From Hyphochytrium catenoides (lineage: Eukaryota > Protista > Hyphochytriomycota), in the NCBI GenBank assembly GCA_900088475.1, contig FLMG01002354.1:31208-95207 (forward strand): 64,000 nucleotides of DNA, read 5' to 3'. How positions within the stretch are numbered: the first letter of the stretch is position 1; every line of letters starts with the position of its first letter. The translations under genes were made by a program, and so were the position numbers. Of this stretch, positions 33,608 through 47,100 are shown in pieces. Below the pieces are notes generated by a model. The model made no database searches, had not been told where the DNA came from, and saw only the letters and a list, made by a program, of their open reading frames with translations.

Positions 33608-36600
33608 TCAAGGAAATTTACTTTCCACCTCCTGTAGAGTCCTCTGCAGGCGGTGATAGGCCTCTGTAGTGCTATAGTCCTGCTCTATTTTCTTCAAAAG
33701 CCCTCTCAGCTGGAGCTTTACAGCGTATGCTTCTCTCTGCCCTTCACCATCTCGCTCTCCCTTCAGTTCCATTCTCTCCTTTGCCAGCTGACAAGCTGCC
33801 TTCGACACCAGCTCCATCCTCTTCAGATCTTTCTCCCAGCCGGCCGTCTGGAGAGCGCGCAGCTGTTTAGTCCTGCAATCGACAACCTCTTCCAGGTTAT
33901 TTTGAACCTCGTAATACCGCGCGAATACTTGCCAAACCTACAGGTTTAAGAGATGGGACAGGATAGGAGCTATGAATATCTCTTTTGTACTTGTGAAATG
34001 CCTCTAAAGAATCAACACGCAAAAAGCTTGCTCCCTCTTCACCCTTTCTCTCCTACCATTCTGTCTTCCATACCATTCCAATCAGGTGTCCCTCAACAAG
34101 ACTTTACTCTTTGGGTTCTTTATTCCCCTTGTGCCAAGTCTCTTCTCTACCCTAAGACTGTGCCACCGCGTCTGGTTCTTGCTCTCGCCTTCCTTACCTT
34201 CCAATCATTAGTGGTGGTAGTGATCTCCCGCAAGAGATCCCCTAACTTTCTTATTTGATATTTTCGAACTTGGTCAGCTGCAGCTCGAACCGCGTCATCA
34301 TCCTGGTCACTAGTCTGCTCAAGTCGTTGATCCGAAGCGGACGTAGAAACAACCCCTCCTCCAGCTATTTCCTCAACCAGGATAGCGAGGTACTCCATAT
34401 CAACGCCCTTGGAGATCATGTAGGTAGATGCAAGTCAGAAAAGGACTTCAACAAACACCAACACAAGCACCAAGCCCACCCCTTGTACCTTCTTATGCTT
34501 GTTCCTGAGTTCGAGGAGGTTGTGCATTGCATGAATGGCATCGCCGTACTAAAAGAGAAAAGAAAAGATCATGACGGTAAGATGGGTTATGCTACTTGAT
34601 GGAAGCTCAACATAAGCTGAGAAACGAGGGAAAAGCTTGGACAGATGGAGGAATTATGAACCTCCCTAACAAAGTCTCGGATTTAACGGGCTAAAAGACT
34701 GCGCATCTGCTAATGACCTACCTTCCTGTTCTCCATCGCGCACATCAGGAAGTTCTCCCACATTCTCCAGTTTTCTCTTCTAAGCTTAAGCCCCTCCTAG
34801 AGTGAGAGACAGGTGAATTGATAACACACCACTCAAACAGACTTAACACCGTGTCATCCCTTTCTGACTTTGACTGTATCTAGCGACCACTAATCTTTTG
34901 TTGCGCAACGCCCTTAATAAAACATCAGCGTGTCAAACTTGTCCTTACCTGAAAGGCAGCGAAGGCCGAGTCGTAGTGGCCCAGCCTTAAGTGTATTGAA
35001 CCAATATTTCCCCACGCTTCCTGAGTGTCGGGTTCTAATTGTATAACTCTTGTAAAGGCGCGAACACCTAGGTTCCAGTCCTCCTCTCCCCTCATGGCCA
35101 TAACGCCGACAGTAAACCAGGTGCGGGGAAAGTTTGGGTTTATGGACAGTGCCTCCTATAAAACATAGGCCAATATCCGAGACAATCGGACGAAAGTAAG
35201 GCAAAGAAGGGTTGCACTGGCCAGAGCCAAGCTCGTAACGACGTTCAAGAAATCTATGTAGATGCAAGAAAGATAAATAGAATGGGGAAGAGCTGTTCAA
35301 GGACAAAGAGAGCTCCCTCACTCACCATTAGGTGTTTGATGCCTTCTTTGTCATCTCCCTTGTTGAAATAATAGAAACCCAAGCTTCTCTTGGCTCTTGC
35401 ATAATGTCCTCCGCTCAACTTCCACGCTTCTTCGTAGTATTGAGGATTCTCTGTCAAATCTCCCAAGGCGCATAGCATGTAGGGTGTAGGTGAGAGGTGA
35501 AGTCTCTCCCTAACGATCTCCTCGGCCTTCTTCTTCTGCTCAAGGAGCGAATAGCACTCTACGACCTCATCCCACATGCCCAGGTCCTCGTAGATCTCCA
35601 GAGCACTGAAGTAAAAGGGTATAGGTCAGAAGGAGGGCATATCTTCAGTGCTCCGGTACAGCGGAGCAATCTAAGGATATAACAATTTCATGCTGACGTC
35701 ATTAGTGTCTGTACGATATACCTTCTGAGGATCCGTAGACCAGCATATCTGTCTGCAAGACCTTTCCGCAGCTCCCAGCGAGGTGGGAATGCGAGGCAAT
35801 GGATGAACTCTAAACGCTCTTCTGCAGGAGCAGACTCCTCGATGGCTTGCAGGGAGTTCTAGCAAGAGAAGGCAACCATAGTTAGAGTTCCTAACATAAA
35901 GCCAGCACCGAACGTAGGCATAGTAGTAGGAGACTCTAAACCACGCCGTGTGAAAGCGGCGAAACAGTAGCAAAGAGGGTAAAGTCCCAATGGCAAGCAC
36001 ACTTGGGGAAGACAAGAGACTCAGGCTTTGCGGGCGAGAGACCACGAAAGACGATGAAGTACTCCAAGTGCCATTATGTCAAAAGGTACAAGGGCTCTGG
36101 AGACATCGTAGCACAGGATAGCGGAACTGAAAGCCAACATCGAAACGATTCACAAACCTGTGTGATAGTCAGTCTATTTGTGTGCTGATCGACCAGTGCT
36201 TGAAGCTGAAGAACTGCTCGTTCTCTGGAGTGTGATCGCTCGTATTCAAGCCAAGACTAAAAGCAGGAGAAATGACAACCATCCACTGAGCTCACGGAAC
36301 TAGAACCCAGCAAGTAAGTCAAATGACTACCTTCTCCAGTAGACCAGTGGAATATATCATCCAGTTGTTAGGATTCTCTAAGACTCTGACGACTGAAATG
36401 GGAGCCAGACCGCGCCAGCAATATCAAGAGTAGGGAAGATTGAGCTTCCAATATTATGGAGTTCACCTCTGGACCTACCGTAAGGTGTCATCTGCTCGTT
36501 AGTGAGTCCATGGGCTGGGTTATGATTCTTGACGTCCAAGCAGAGTGCCAACAAGATAGCCTGTAGATACTCCCGTTAATAAGAAGGCCTTCCCTTACCA

Positions 36601-39018
36601 AACCCGCCCCGTCCTCCTTAGCGCCAAATCTTTCAATCCGTTGCGCAGCATCTTCCGGGGGTGGACCCTGTTCTTGTATCTCTGCTAGAACTACTTTCTC
36701 GGACGCAGGCATATAATCCACCAATGTTCTCTATAAAGCCTACCTGATCTATTTTCTGAAGGTTGCCCTGTGCTGAGAGCTCCACATCTTGAATGTCTAG
36801 CTTCTCCAGCAAGATATTGTCCGGATTAGCCTGATCAAGGTTAACCGTCCGCAAGGTGGCGTTCTCTATGTCAAGCTCCACCCCTTCTCCCTCTGGCTTC
36901 ACAGTAGGGACATTGACCTAAAAAACGTCAAGTTAAAATATGTCACCCCGATAGAGGAGCGGACAAAAAAAACGCTTCTTTCGAAATAGGCATCTGACCG
37001 ATTAGAGAGCAAAGGGCAACACAATGTCGGCATTATGGGGAGCCGTTTCAAGTAGAGAGAGGAGAAGTACAGGCGGCTTGATTGCTTGAAGGGGCAAAGT
37101 ATTCACAACGCTTGGAGCTACTCGACCACACAGTAGGACAGGGACAAGGGAAGGGCTACCTTGATAGATACGACATCTGTACCAAGCCCTTCGGGGGCAT
37201 TTGGGAGCGCCATCTTCGCAGTAGCCTCGGCTGCCGCTGAGGTGGAAGACTTAGGTTCATACTTTGACGCCGCCCAGAGCACCATCTAGAATGGAGAAGA
37301 TTAAGTGCAATGGCGGCGAAAGAAGAAGATATTTAAGGGCGTCCGCTACATTGGAACCTCCGCCATAACTAACCTGTGCTGTCTCCTTCACCTGATACTT
37401 CGTCCTCTTGCCCATCGCTCCCGTCATTTTCACTTTGAGACCACTGGACTCCAGAGCCTTCTCAAAGCTTCGCTTTCCCTTGTTTCTCTCATTAAAGTTA
37501 CTCTCGGCCAATCCCCACTCCAACCAAAGACGAGCTTTCAATAAAGCATAGTCCTTTTCATCCAATCCGAGAGAGCCACCAGCCTTCTCCGAGAGGAAAA
37601 AGGAAAAAGTGCCTTCAAAAAGACGTTGGGCTTCAGCCCATAGCTACACACAGAATCATGAAGTTAGTACAGGCCCTACTCTGAACAAGAGAATAACAAA
37701 CAATGACACGACGCGGAATTAAAGAAAGGTTAACGTAGGCCCGGTTACCGTTTCAGAGCGCTCCTTGGCTAACAGCAGAGAATTATGGCAAGAGACTGCT
37801 CGGGCCGACCACCTGACGGGCGGAACCAAGGAGAGTGTAAGATACACTAAGAGAACGGTAACGCAGCCACATTGTATGAGCTAATGCCATTTTTCTCACC
37901 ACGTAACAGTCCTGAGATCATGCGACGAGAACTTCTGGGTCGGTAAGGCGCCATCTCTATTTCTTTCAATCGCCATCGTCTTTTCATTTATTTCATCATC
38001 TACAGCAGTCAGCATGTGGATAGCGTTGGCTGTCTCTTGAGAGAGGTTTGTCTCTTTCTTCACCTCTTCTGGTCGGATTTGCGTACGTGCCTGGAGCCAT
38101 AAGGGTCGCTGAGGGCTCGCCAACAGGTGAAGAATGAGTCGAGATACAAGTAGAAACTGCGGCAGTTCACACTTGATGTGGGTTTGCTCCCCATCCACCT
38201 GCAAAGAAAGAAGCGTCTGAGAATGCAGCTGGGCTTTCGCCTCTTCTGGTTTCTGAGCTTCAAGAAGCTTCGCAAACGCGGGATCAATGTCTTTATAGAA
38301 GGGTAAGGGATATACGCCTCGAAGGGCCTCATCGCTGAAGGAGGGCCCCGTATAGTTCGCCTACATTAGCACGGGACAATGTGACATTTAGCAGGTTTTG
38401 GGATTTGAAGCCCCATTCCATTCTTCAACTCCTTCTGTTCCCTTTCGTCGCTGTCTCTGTCTCTCTCTATCTTTTCCGTCCACTTCCCTTGATCTTGCGG
38501 TGCTACGCGGACTCGACTCTTACCTGAAGGAAGAGGTTCAGGCAACAAACAGCGATGAGAAGGAGAATGAAAGCACGATAACTCTGGGCGCGTGGTGTAG
38601 TCCCTATAGACAAGAAGTGCTCCACCCTCAGTGTCAAAACTCCTGTCACACTCTTCTCGGCCGCGGCCGCTGGATCGCAGGGGCCCAGGACTTCTAGAGA
38701 GAGAGGCAGTCGGAGGACATCGGCGTATCGCCCACTATTGACCAACCAGGACATGCGAATGATGCTGGCAAGAAGCATTCGTTCCTCCGCTGACGGCGCA
38801 CTGAACATAGGATCATTGGGTTTCTGCTGAAGCGCTTTGTACAACTTCTGCACTTTATCCTTCTGGGACAGCAGAATCCAGATCTCCAGCTGACTGAGGT
38901 TGAAGCCCGCGCTCAAAGCCTCGGCTGCCGGCTCTTCCTCTTCCTCTTCTATCACGCCCTTAAAGTCCTCCTCTTTGATCCCACTGATGTCACCAAACAC
39001 CTCATCATCAGAGTCCAT
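33608..39018 (-). CDS. TTC27: Tetratricopeptide repeat protein 27 (Emw1 homologue), multi-exon
   Basis: CLNLFLQ, MQVDGE, TGAMGKRTKYQ, NWMIYSTGLL, RERAVLQLQALVDQ, MWDEVVECY, YYEEAWKLSGGHYARAKRSLG, NWRMWENF. Confidence 0.9.
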
Positions 39019-40389
39019 CTTCACTTACGGGGCCCAAGGGGGTCACAGCTGGTCCTGACTTCCTTGAGAACCTATCCTTTAGACCACCAACGGTATGTTT
39101 GCACGACAAGTTGAGCGCAAGTGTTGCCCTATGGTCTGCCCACTAAGAAATTTAGAGCAGGAGGACTGGCTGCAGGGACCGTGGACTTCAGACCCCCTGG
39201 AGAACACGAGGGGGACAGCTGGCTGCAGCCTCAACCTACCCTTCTAAGCGGAAGTAGTATATGAGCACTCCGCTTACCGCCGCCGCCAAAGTCTGGTTCT
39301 TGTTGACGAAAGACTGGGCTGAGGAGGCTAAGGCCTGCGACAACTGTTGATGGAAGATGATCGAAGAAAGAGGCGGCAAGAACCGACACAGCACCGCAGG
39401 AAAGCTCAAGGAGGGAGGGAGGGAGGAGGCATCATCACCGCTTTCTTATGATGTTTGAGTGGTTCGCTGATCAGAATCATCACATGTGTCAGGAGGGGCC
39501 CAGGTATGGTGACCATAACCCAGCAGAGGAAATAATATCTAAGGAAATGCTGCTTTTAGCCATGAGAGTTAGGCTCTTTGAGCTGTTTCTACATCTCCTG
39601 AGCTCCCCTAGGAATACTGTCCAGGGGGCTGGCTGGGGTGATGGTTGTCGAAGTTGGTCCTTTCCAAGGAGCAGAAGAGATGCGGGAGGACGATAAACGC
39701 CAGCCAAATAGCACTGTAGAGCTGTTCGTTGATTGAGCAGTTAGACTCCCTTATTATCGCCAGAGGACCACGATGAGAATAGCAGTAGGGTTGTTAGTAG
39801 GGTCCGCTGTCCTTCATCAACACACCGCCTATAACCTACACCAAGGCCTCGAAGCAGCTCTTCTGGTGAACTGTAACCGTTCCAAGTCCTGTTTCGCAAC
39901 TAATACTCCCGCGTGCTCTTCTGAAAGCAGCAGCTCGTCGTCCTTGTTGCTGTCCGCGCTTTAAGATTTCACCCTTCATTCAGCGTCCCATAACGAAAGA
40001 CCGTAACAACATCCGGCAGTCGCTTCTTGCTAATAAGGAAGCCCTCACATTACATCATCGATCTACTAGATTGTCATCACTCATCCCGCTACGGGAAGCT
40101 GTATTATGTGACGTTCCCTGTTGTCCAAGAAGCGTTATAAATACTAATGATAACGACGGTCCCGACGACATCATAACGAGAACCAATTGGTCGTTTGCGT
40201 CTCCGTTCTGAGTCTTCTATCCCGCTATGTAGGAGTATCAGCTTCCTCGTTCTAATCTATAGGTACGAAGGGTAGGGTAGATGAACGAGGATGTTGTCGG
40301 CAGCTACACACTCTATTACTAAAACTTCTTGAAAGTCATGAGAACAACGCGCAATCGCGAAGGCCAAAAGCTCTCGAAAGAAGAAGAGC

Positions 40390-40455
40390 ATGGTCGGTGC
40401 ATTATGATACCTATTATCCTCCAGAAGAGAATATTAATGGTCGGTGCATTATGAT
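40390..40455. repeat. 19-nt direct repeat ATGGTCGGTGCATTATGAT x2
   Basis: Exact copies at 40390-40408 and 40437-40455. Confidence 0.85.
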
Positions 40456-40691
40456 GTCAGCGGAGTAGTGAACGCGCAGAGGATGCTCAGTGTGAGCGAG
40501 AGTCTTAGCTAAGGTGCACTTGTGTCTTGGTGAGAAAAAGCTTTACTCTGAATGAGTAATGATAGATCCTACAGAAAAGAGGAAGAAGGAAAACAAGTAC
40601 AATAGTATGGGAAAACAAGTATTAAAGAAATGTATGGAGAAGGACAAAGTCTGTTATAAGACTGAGAAAGATAGAGACTGTTCAATGAGGA

Positions 40692-40734
40692 AGTGACTCT
40701 TGATCAGTGACTCTTGAAGATAAGTGACTCTTGA
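40692..40734. repeat. 12-nt direct repeat AGTGACTCTTGA x3
   Basis: Exact copies at 40692, 40706 and 40723. Confidence 0.85.
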
Positions 40735-42018
40735 ACTCAATGAGTCGACGCAAAGGCATTGACGTAAGTGCAAAGCAAACCGTAACGCCAACATACTTAT
40801 GATGATACCTATTTTCCCCGATGCAGTTTGGGCGTTGTATGCTTATGAGTCACTCTTATGAGGCTGCTCCACTACTTCGTATAATAACGTAAGGAAGAAT
40901 AAGACTCTATCTGGCCTCAAGATCTCAACCAAAGTCACGCCTGGGTTTTCTCCGTCATCGAAAGTTGTTTGGCATGGTATTATTTGTCAGTCAATGAAGG
41001 GCTTCCATCATCTGCATCCCATTGAAGATTCGGTAAGCTCATTACTACTACAAACGGTGTACCGTCCTAAGTGCGCCCAAGGTCACCAGTTGGTGGTTAT
41101 TACTACTAGTAGATCCCCAACAATGACAAATGCTGCAGCAAAGTTGAAGGAAGAACACAGGCAAGTTGAAGAACCAAAAAGAATAGCTGTCTTTTTGATG
41201 GCGCCTATGCAGAATGCGACTAAACAAGGACGGCTCCATGAAACCCATACTTGGCGGAACTCAATGTTGCGGATTACCTGTATATAAATATTCAGATGAG
41301 GATAACGTATATAGTATTACCAAATTCCTTATACGACAGTAAAGGGACAGCATTTTTTCGCTAACCAGTCGTTTGTACGTGGATGGCTGTTCCTGGGTTG
41401 TACGCAAGTGGTGGTGTTCTGATCTTCAGTGATAGAATTTGGAAGCGGAAGCCCTTGGAAAGTGTGCCATCACCTTACACCAAACGTTGCAGTGTAGATA
41501 GAAAGCTTTAGCTTGGTACTTCTCTTTAGAAGTCCAGGAAGTGTATGTAGACTGGGACGGGCTCCACCCCGCAACAGGTAGGGTATTACTACGTCACAAA
41601 GAGCTGTCTTTAGGTTTGGTTAGACCCCCTCGTCGCAGTATTATTACTACACGTGTAAGGTCGGAATGCCGGCTCTCTCAAAAAGCTTCACACAGTCACG
41701 TCTGCAGCTCTTCTCATATTCAAAGCCCTGCTGGGCCTCCTGGGCCGATAAGAGATAGGTAGTTATTTACATTGAGAGTCACAGGCTGCGGCGGCTAATG
41801 TCTGCCTGGATTCAGCGTTTTCTGAGCCGCAGAGAACCGCCTTGCTGGCGGCATCATCTAAATTGAACTACGGCGTTAGGCAAGCCCGCTGGGCTTTGAG
41901 CGTGAGCAGGGGGTGGCAATCTGTTCAGGACTCTCTGGCAGTTCCATTTGCCAGCCATTGAAGCACGAGAAATTGCTCAGGGTGGCGGGAGCAAGTGCTG
42001 CAGCTGCGAGAGCTGAGT

Positions 42019-43005
42019 ATGTGCACAATCTTACCATGGAAAAGGGCCCTAGTTGGAGCCCCACCAGTGAATGGAGAACCGGAGCTAGAGAATCACACAC
42101 AAGACAAGCCGATTCAATCCAGCAAGCTATGTCAAGCGGAGGAGGCGGACCAGACTACTCCGCGTCAGAGCGGCCTTTCGTCTTCTTGTCATATTTCCAC
42201 GAGCGCTACCTTCAGCCCACCTCCTCATTCAGCTGAGGACCGGCCCACAGACGGCGAGGCCACGGATGTGGGTAGGCGGTTGATGATGAGCTCCACATAT
42301 CCCGAGAGATCCGGATTGGCTTGTGAAAGTTTGCCTGAAAATGCCGATGGAAATGGGCCAATTTCTTTCCCTCATAAAGATTCCTTTAGGCTACATGCTC
42401 ATGAACTTGGGAAAAAACTGAGAAGCGAGCCGGAAGACGCAGAGCAAATGTCTGGGGGTTGCAAGTCTTCTGATAACGAAGAAGACGACGACGATAGCTC
42501 AAAAAGTGCCATGCGCAAAGTTCTTATAGAAGAACTTGACAGAGAAATTGTCGCTCTGCAGCAGTTTGAGAGAAAGCTGAAGGAGTTGAGAGACCAAGCG
42601 GCAAAGAAAGTCCTCTCGCGAGACTTCGGGGGAGCTTCCTGGCAAGTGCAAGGCATGAACTCTGTCAAGTCCCAGATAAGGAAGAAAGTGGTTCGAGTGC
42701 TGGAGCTATCATCCGCACTCTCTCTTCCTTATTATTCTGTACTGGCGGAGCCCTCGTTCGAGACCTCGCAGAGCGGAAATCCGCGGTACTCTAGTGGACA
42801 TGCTACCCACACATTGACCGTAACCCGCAGGGCCAAGCGAGTTCTTTTCTTAGAAGGACACGAGACTATCGGCTCTGCAGATGAAGACTACGACAGGGAG
42901 GCGACCGATGTCTCGCCAACCAACAGAGTAGAAAGTCTGGCGCTTCGGATCTTCGGCACATACCCAGACGAACTCCCGGAGCTTTTCGGTTACACGTGGT
43001 CATGA
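42019..43005 (+). CDS. Intronless hypothetical protein (low-complexity N-terminus, short coiled coil, globular-looking C-terminus); start uncertain
   Basis: About 330-codon open frame, first ATG at 42019. Coiled coil LIEELDREIVALQQFERKLKELRDQ. No recognised motif. Confidence 0.6.
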   Translation: MCTILPWKRALVGAPPVNGEPELENHTQDKPIQSSKLCQAEEADQTTPRQSGLSSSCHISTSATFSPPPHSAEDRPTDGEATDVGRRLMMSSTYPERSGLACESLPENADGNGPISFPHKDSFRLHAHELGKKLRSEPEDAEQMSGGCKSSDNEEDDDDSSKSAMRKVLIEELDREIVALQQFERKLKELRDQAAKKVLSRDFGGASWQVQGMNSVKSQIRKKVVRVLELSSALSLPYYSVLAEPSFETSQSGNPRYSSGHATHTLTVTRRAKRVLFLEGHETIGSADEDYDREATDVSPTNRVESLALRIFGTYPDELPELFGYTWS

Positions 43006-44173
43006 CCGGACTTTTTTCCATGGGAACACTATTTATTGCCGGTTGTTTCTCCGCTTCCTTACTAACCTGACGCAGAGGTTAGGTCTCGAAGGACCCAGAA
43101 GTCCACAGTCGTAGTATACTGGCAAAGCATATTTATTCGAGCGTATGAAGTAGCAGGGCGGAGGGTAGGGATTACAGGATCTCCCTGGCGGAGCCAAGTA
43201 CTAGAACTTCTATATATTAGCTCTTGGATTTCCATAAGATGTCACTGCATCTGCTTTTTTTGCTCGTCTGAGTAGAACTGTGTGCATTGCTTTTAGCGGC
43301 CGCTTTGAATGTTATGAACTCCTATCTTCCTGTTCAGATTGTTTACCTTTTTCATTGCCTAACAAATAGCAGCGCGCTTCATGCGCCTCGGTGGTCATGA
43401 TGTATTACTTCGGGGGGATGTATCCTTCGTTCCTTGATCCTCCGAAGTACTAGTTAATCTGTTATAGAACAAGTAGGGTTAACACCCTAAGACGATGGCA
43501 CCACCGTCACCCGCAGTTGGTACGCTGTCGCACACGCTCTTCATCAGGAGTTGGAGGTTATACGAGTAGCTTCTTCATCATTGAAGACAGAAACTTCATG
43601 GTGATACCCCCGTCATCGTTAATATGATGATGCCACCAAGCAAGGAAACAGCCCTACGCCATATGACAAGAAGACAACCCCATTTGGCGTGCCCGTCGTG
43701 GATGCGGCCGTGGTTTGAGAGGAGTGAGGGGGGGAGCAAATGTCCGCCAGATCTCCTCCTGGAGTGGTAGGGAAGGTTCTATATCGGGGATTCTTTGGGG
43801 GCAAAAGTCTGGTCTTCTTGGCTCTCTGTCTGCTCCTCGTCTCCCTCCTCTCCTGCTGGGAGTTGGGAGTCCTCTCATGCTCTCCCCGCAAACCAAGTTC
43901 CTTCTCTCCGCGCTGCCCTTTTCATGACCTTCAGAGCCCGATGCCTGAGATCGCATTAGCAAGATGCGGCATGTGCGCCTCCGATGAGTCCTTGAGGACG
44001 GGACATCCTCAGGACTAGGCTCCCATCAGAGTCCACCAACCAGAGAACCAAGCTGTCAATCACTCTCTTAGTCATGCTCAGGTTCGGGAGTGCGGTATTG
44101 TGCAACAGTAGCAGGACGATGGGAATTCGTAGTCTGAAAGTATAGCAAGGACGTTTCCTCTGATTGAGACAAT

Positions 44174-47100
44174 ATGTCAAACGCGGATGTAGATACCAGT
44201 GCCGGTTCAATAGGGGCGCCCAGGAACATTGGGGAGCTAGGACAGGGTAGGGAGACTGAGCAGGACGTTGTTAACGTGGAGACGACAGCCATCGGCAAGT
44301 ACACGTTACACTTTAGCAGTGAGGTGCTGGAGCAAGAATGGAGAGGATGCAACATAGAAAGGCAGCAGGGCCTTGTGAATAGATTCTTCTTCGTGGCAGG
44401 AGTGTTTCAGGTAAGGTCGGCAAGGATTACTTGAGACAGAGTCTTTCAAGGCGAAATGAAGAGTAGGGAGACACAGTGAGACGAAAGACACTTTCAACTT
44501 AACAGGCCTGGAGAGAGAGACGGGCCGAGCATCTTCTGTGGATTAACGCTACTCTTCTTCGTAGATTCTCTTTTTCTGCAGTGACGTCGTAGAGGGAACG
44601 GACTTCATCTTCACCACAACTCCTTTGCGCTTCATCTCAGCCCTACTCGTGTTCACTGCTTCTCTGCTGGGCCAGAATGGAATAATCAAGCCTGATATGA
44701 GGTATACTAAGGAGTTGAATCAGGAGCTGTCCGTTCTTAAGCTTTATTCTGCCACATACATCTTTTCGCCTTATTGCGTTGATTATATTTCTTCTGCCAT
44801 GCAGCGAGCTAGGCTTTTACCCCCTCCTGTCATCCTGTTCTCCTTCAACTAGCCTTGAAGCAATCTTCTTACTCTTGTACGGCTACGCATGCTAACCTCT
44901 TCTCTCGCTTGGTCGTCTTTGTAGCTCCATGTTCACAATCAACATGACCTACGCCGCCTGCACACTTACCATCTTCTGCCTTCAACGCCACTCTCTAACG
45001 CAGTGGGATGTTCTCTTCCCTGTCTACGGGCTGTCCTTCTTCATTCTTCCGAAACTTCAACCTTTGGACTTCTTCTACGGTTGCCTGGGATCTTCTCTCT
45101 TTTCTCTCTCCTACATCTCGATCTCCCTCTATCGTCTGGCCCTTCCGCAATGGATGCTATCCTCTGTCTACCTCCTTATCCCATTAGTGATGTTCAACTA
45201 TGTTAGCTATGCCTCGGAAAAAACGGCACGGGAGAGGTGGTTGCTGAAGCAGCGACTGAGCAAGTGAGTAAATCAACTGCATCAAAGTTTTCCAAAACTG
45301 GCCCTTGTTTATCGTCGTTCTTACTGTCCGTCTTTCTCCAAGACATTACTCTATGGTAGCCCTTATTGAACTGCGAACCATGTCCTAGGGAAAGGATCCA
45401 AGTTAAGCTAAACCCAGTAGACGACAGAGGGTCCTCTTTAGTCTTATCCATGAATTTAAGCGGCAAACAACAGGCTATCAAGGAAGGAAATCCCCCGCAG
45501 CCCGCACAGCGGCAGCGGAAGAGGCAGCTTGTTAAGGGTACGAGAGCCATTCATTCGTTCCTTTGTCCTACATAGCTAACATGCTGCTATAGGGTTCGCG
45601 GTATGGGTCATCCTTTCTATGTTAGGATGGTTCTCGACCAACAATATTCCAGAAGTGCTTCGTTTAGTAGACTCCTCGGTAGCTTGGGCTGTCTTCACGC
45701 ATTCAGTGGGCTTCTCGTTCTTCCTTGTTCTTGTCACAGGTACTAGTCATCTCCACAATGTGCATCTTCCCTACTGCACTTCCGTTGTCGGAATTTACCT
45801 TCATTTCCTTACTGTTGCTATTTCTAAGCTTGAGATCTCTTTGGGTAGCTTTCCATGGGATGAGTGACCTAGGGAAACGCTTATGGAGTAGATCATCATG
45901 GTGCTTTACTGTGGACTCGTTTCCTCATTGTCGCCATCTCTGCATACCCTACAAACATGTGCTGACGGTGTTCTTTTGTAGGTCAGCTGCGATGGATTCT
46001 CGTCGTAGCAGCCGTCAGCGCCTTTCTCCTTCTTCTCTTTTCTGTCTTCACTCTCCCCTCGTCCTTTCTCCTCCTCGCTATCCACGGCATCGGCTACGTC
46101 CTCTTCGCTGTGATGTTAGCTCTGATGTTAGGAGTTTTTGGTGGGGTAGTGTATCTGTGGTCGGAGCTCATAGACTTTGTCAAAAGGATCTGCACCCAAT
46201 ATCCGCAGATTCAAGAGAGTCTCAAGGAATCGCCGATACTAGAACAGGTTCTTGTCCCACAGCTGGGTCGGGTAGTCGATTCGAAGAGCTTGAAGTCCTC
46301 TTTGGAGCCGGAAGCCGAGAGTATAAGACATGCGGGACGGCAAAGGGGCAAAGAGGACTTTACTGTTAAGAGAAAGGCGACGACTGCGGCGCCTGCCCGA
46401 TTGAAGAAGAAGGGCAACGAGAGAACGAAACCCAAGTGCCCCAGACTTGACCAGGGAGGCTCATCCCTGGTGCCGGTATCCGCAGCCATACAAAAAGATA
46501 GTGAAGAACCGGAAGGCTTGCCGCCGCCATCTGCCGCACTTTCGCATCTAGACAACCAGTCTATTGTCAAGGTTCTTCCTGGAAGGAGGCCTCGTGCATG
46601 CTTTTTTTGTACCAAGAAAGGGGTGGCTTTCTTCCTGCCTGCTTGCGCTGGCTGGAGCCCTTGTATTGGGCCAGGAATAAGCCCCATCCAAATGTGTACT
46701 CCTTACACTGCACTTCACCAGGAGAGAGAGAGGCTTAGGGTGGAGGTTGAAGAGAAGGAGAAACTTCTAGATAGCCTCTCGGTGAACAATGTCAGAGTGA
46801 CGGAAGATCAACAGAAGCTGAAAGGATCGATAGAAGATTTGCAAGCAAAGGTAAGGAACGTGGTGGTTTATGAAGAAGGTCGTGCGCTTCTTGGGAGAGA
46901 TCAGAAGCAGGAAGGGTGCTAACGCTTTTTTTCATCATCATCAGATGAATCAGCTCGAGGCCCATAGACTGCAAAGGGAGAGAGAATGGGAGGGGAGATT
47001 GAGGCAAGCGGCGCAGCACCATGAGCAAGAGTTGAATCAGACTTTACAAACACTCAACGCGGAGGCGCATAGACTGCACGAGAGAGAAAAGGAGGTATAT

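Noticed and set aside
40143-40213. Possible C/D snoRNA (ATGATAA...CTGA)
   Set aside because: Imperfect C box, minimal terminal stem and no recognisable rRNA-complementary guide; needs snoscan/Infernal.
40390-40455. 19-nt repeat with 28-nt spacer as a mini-CRISPR
   Set aside because: Only two copies, no palindrome and no cas genes; a local duplication explains it.
41370-41420. LYVDG peptide resembling a retroelement RNase H motif
   Set aside because: The frame closes within a few codons and no RT, integrase or LTR evidence is nearby.
43740-44018. 92-aa ORF with one hydrophobic stretch upstream of the membrane gene
   Set aside because: No recognisable motif and no clear splice link; could be a uORF or chance.
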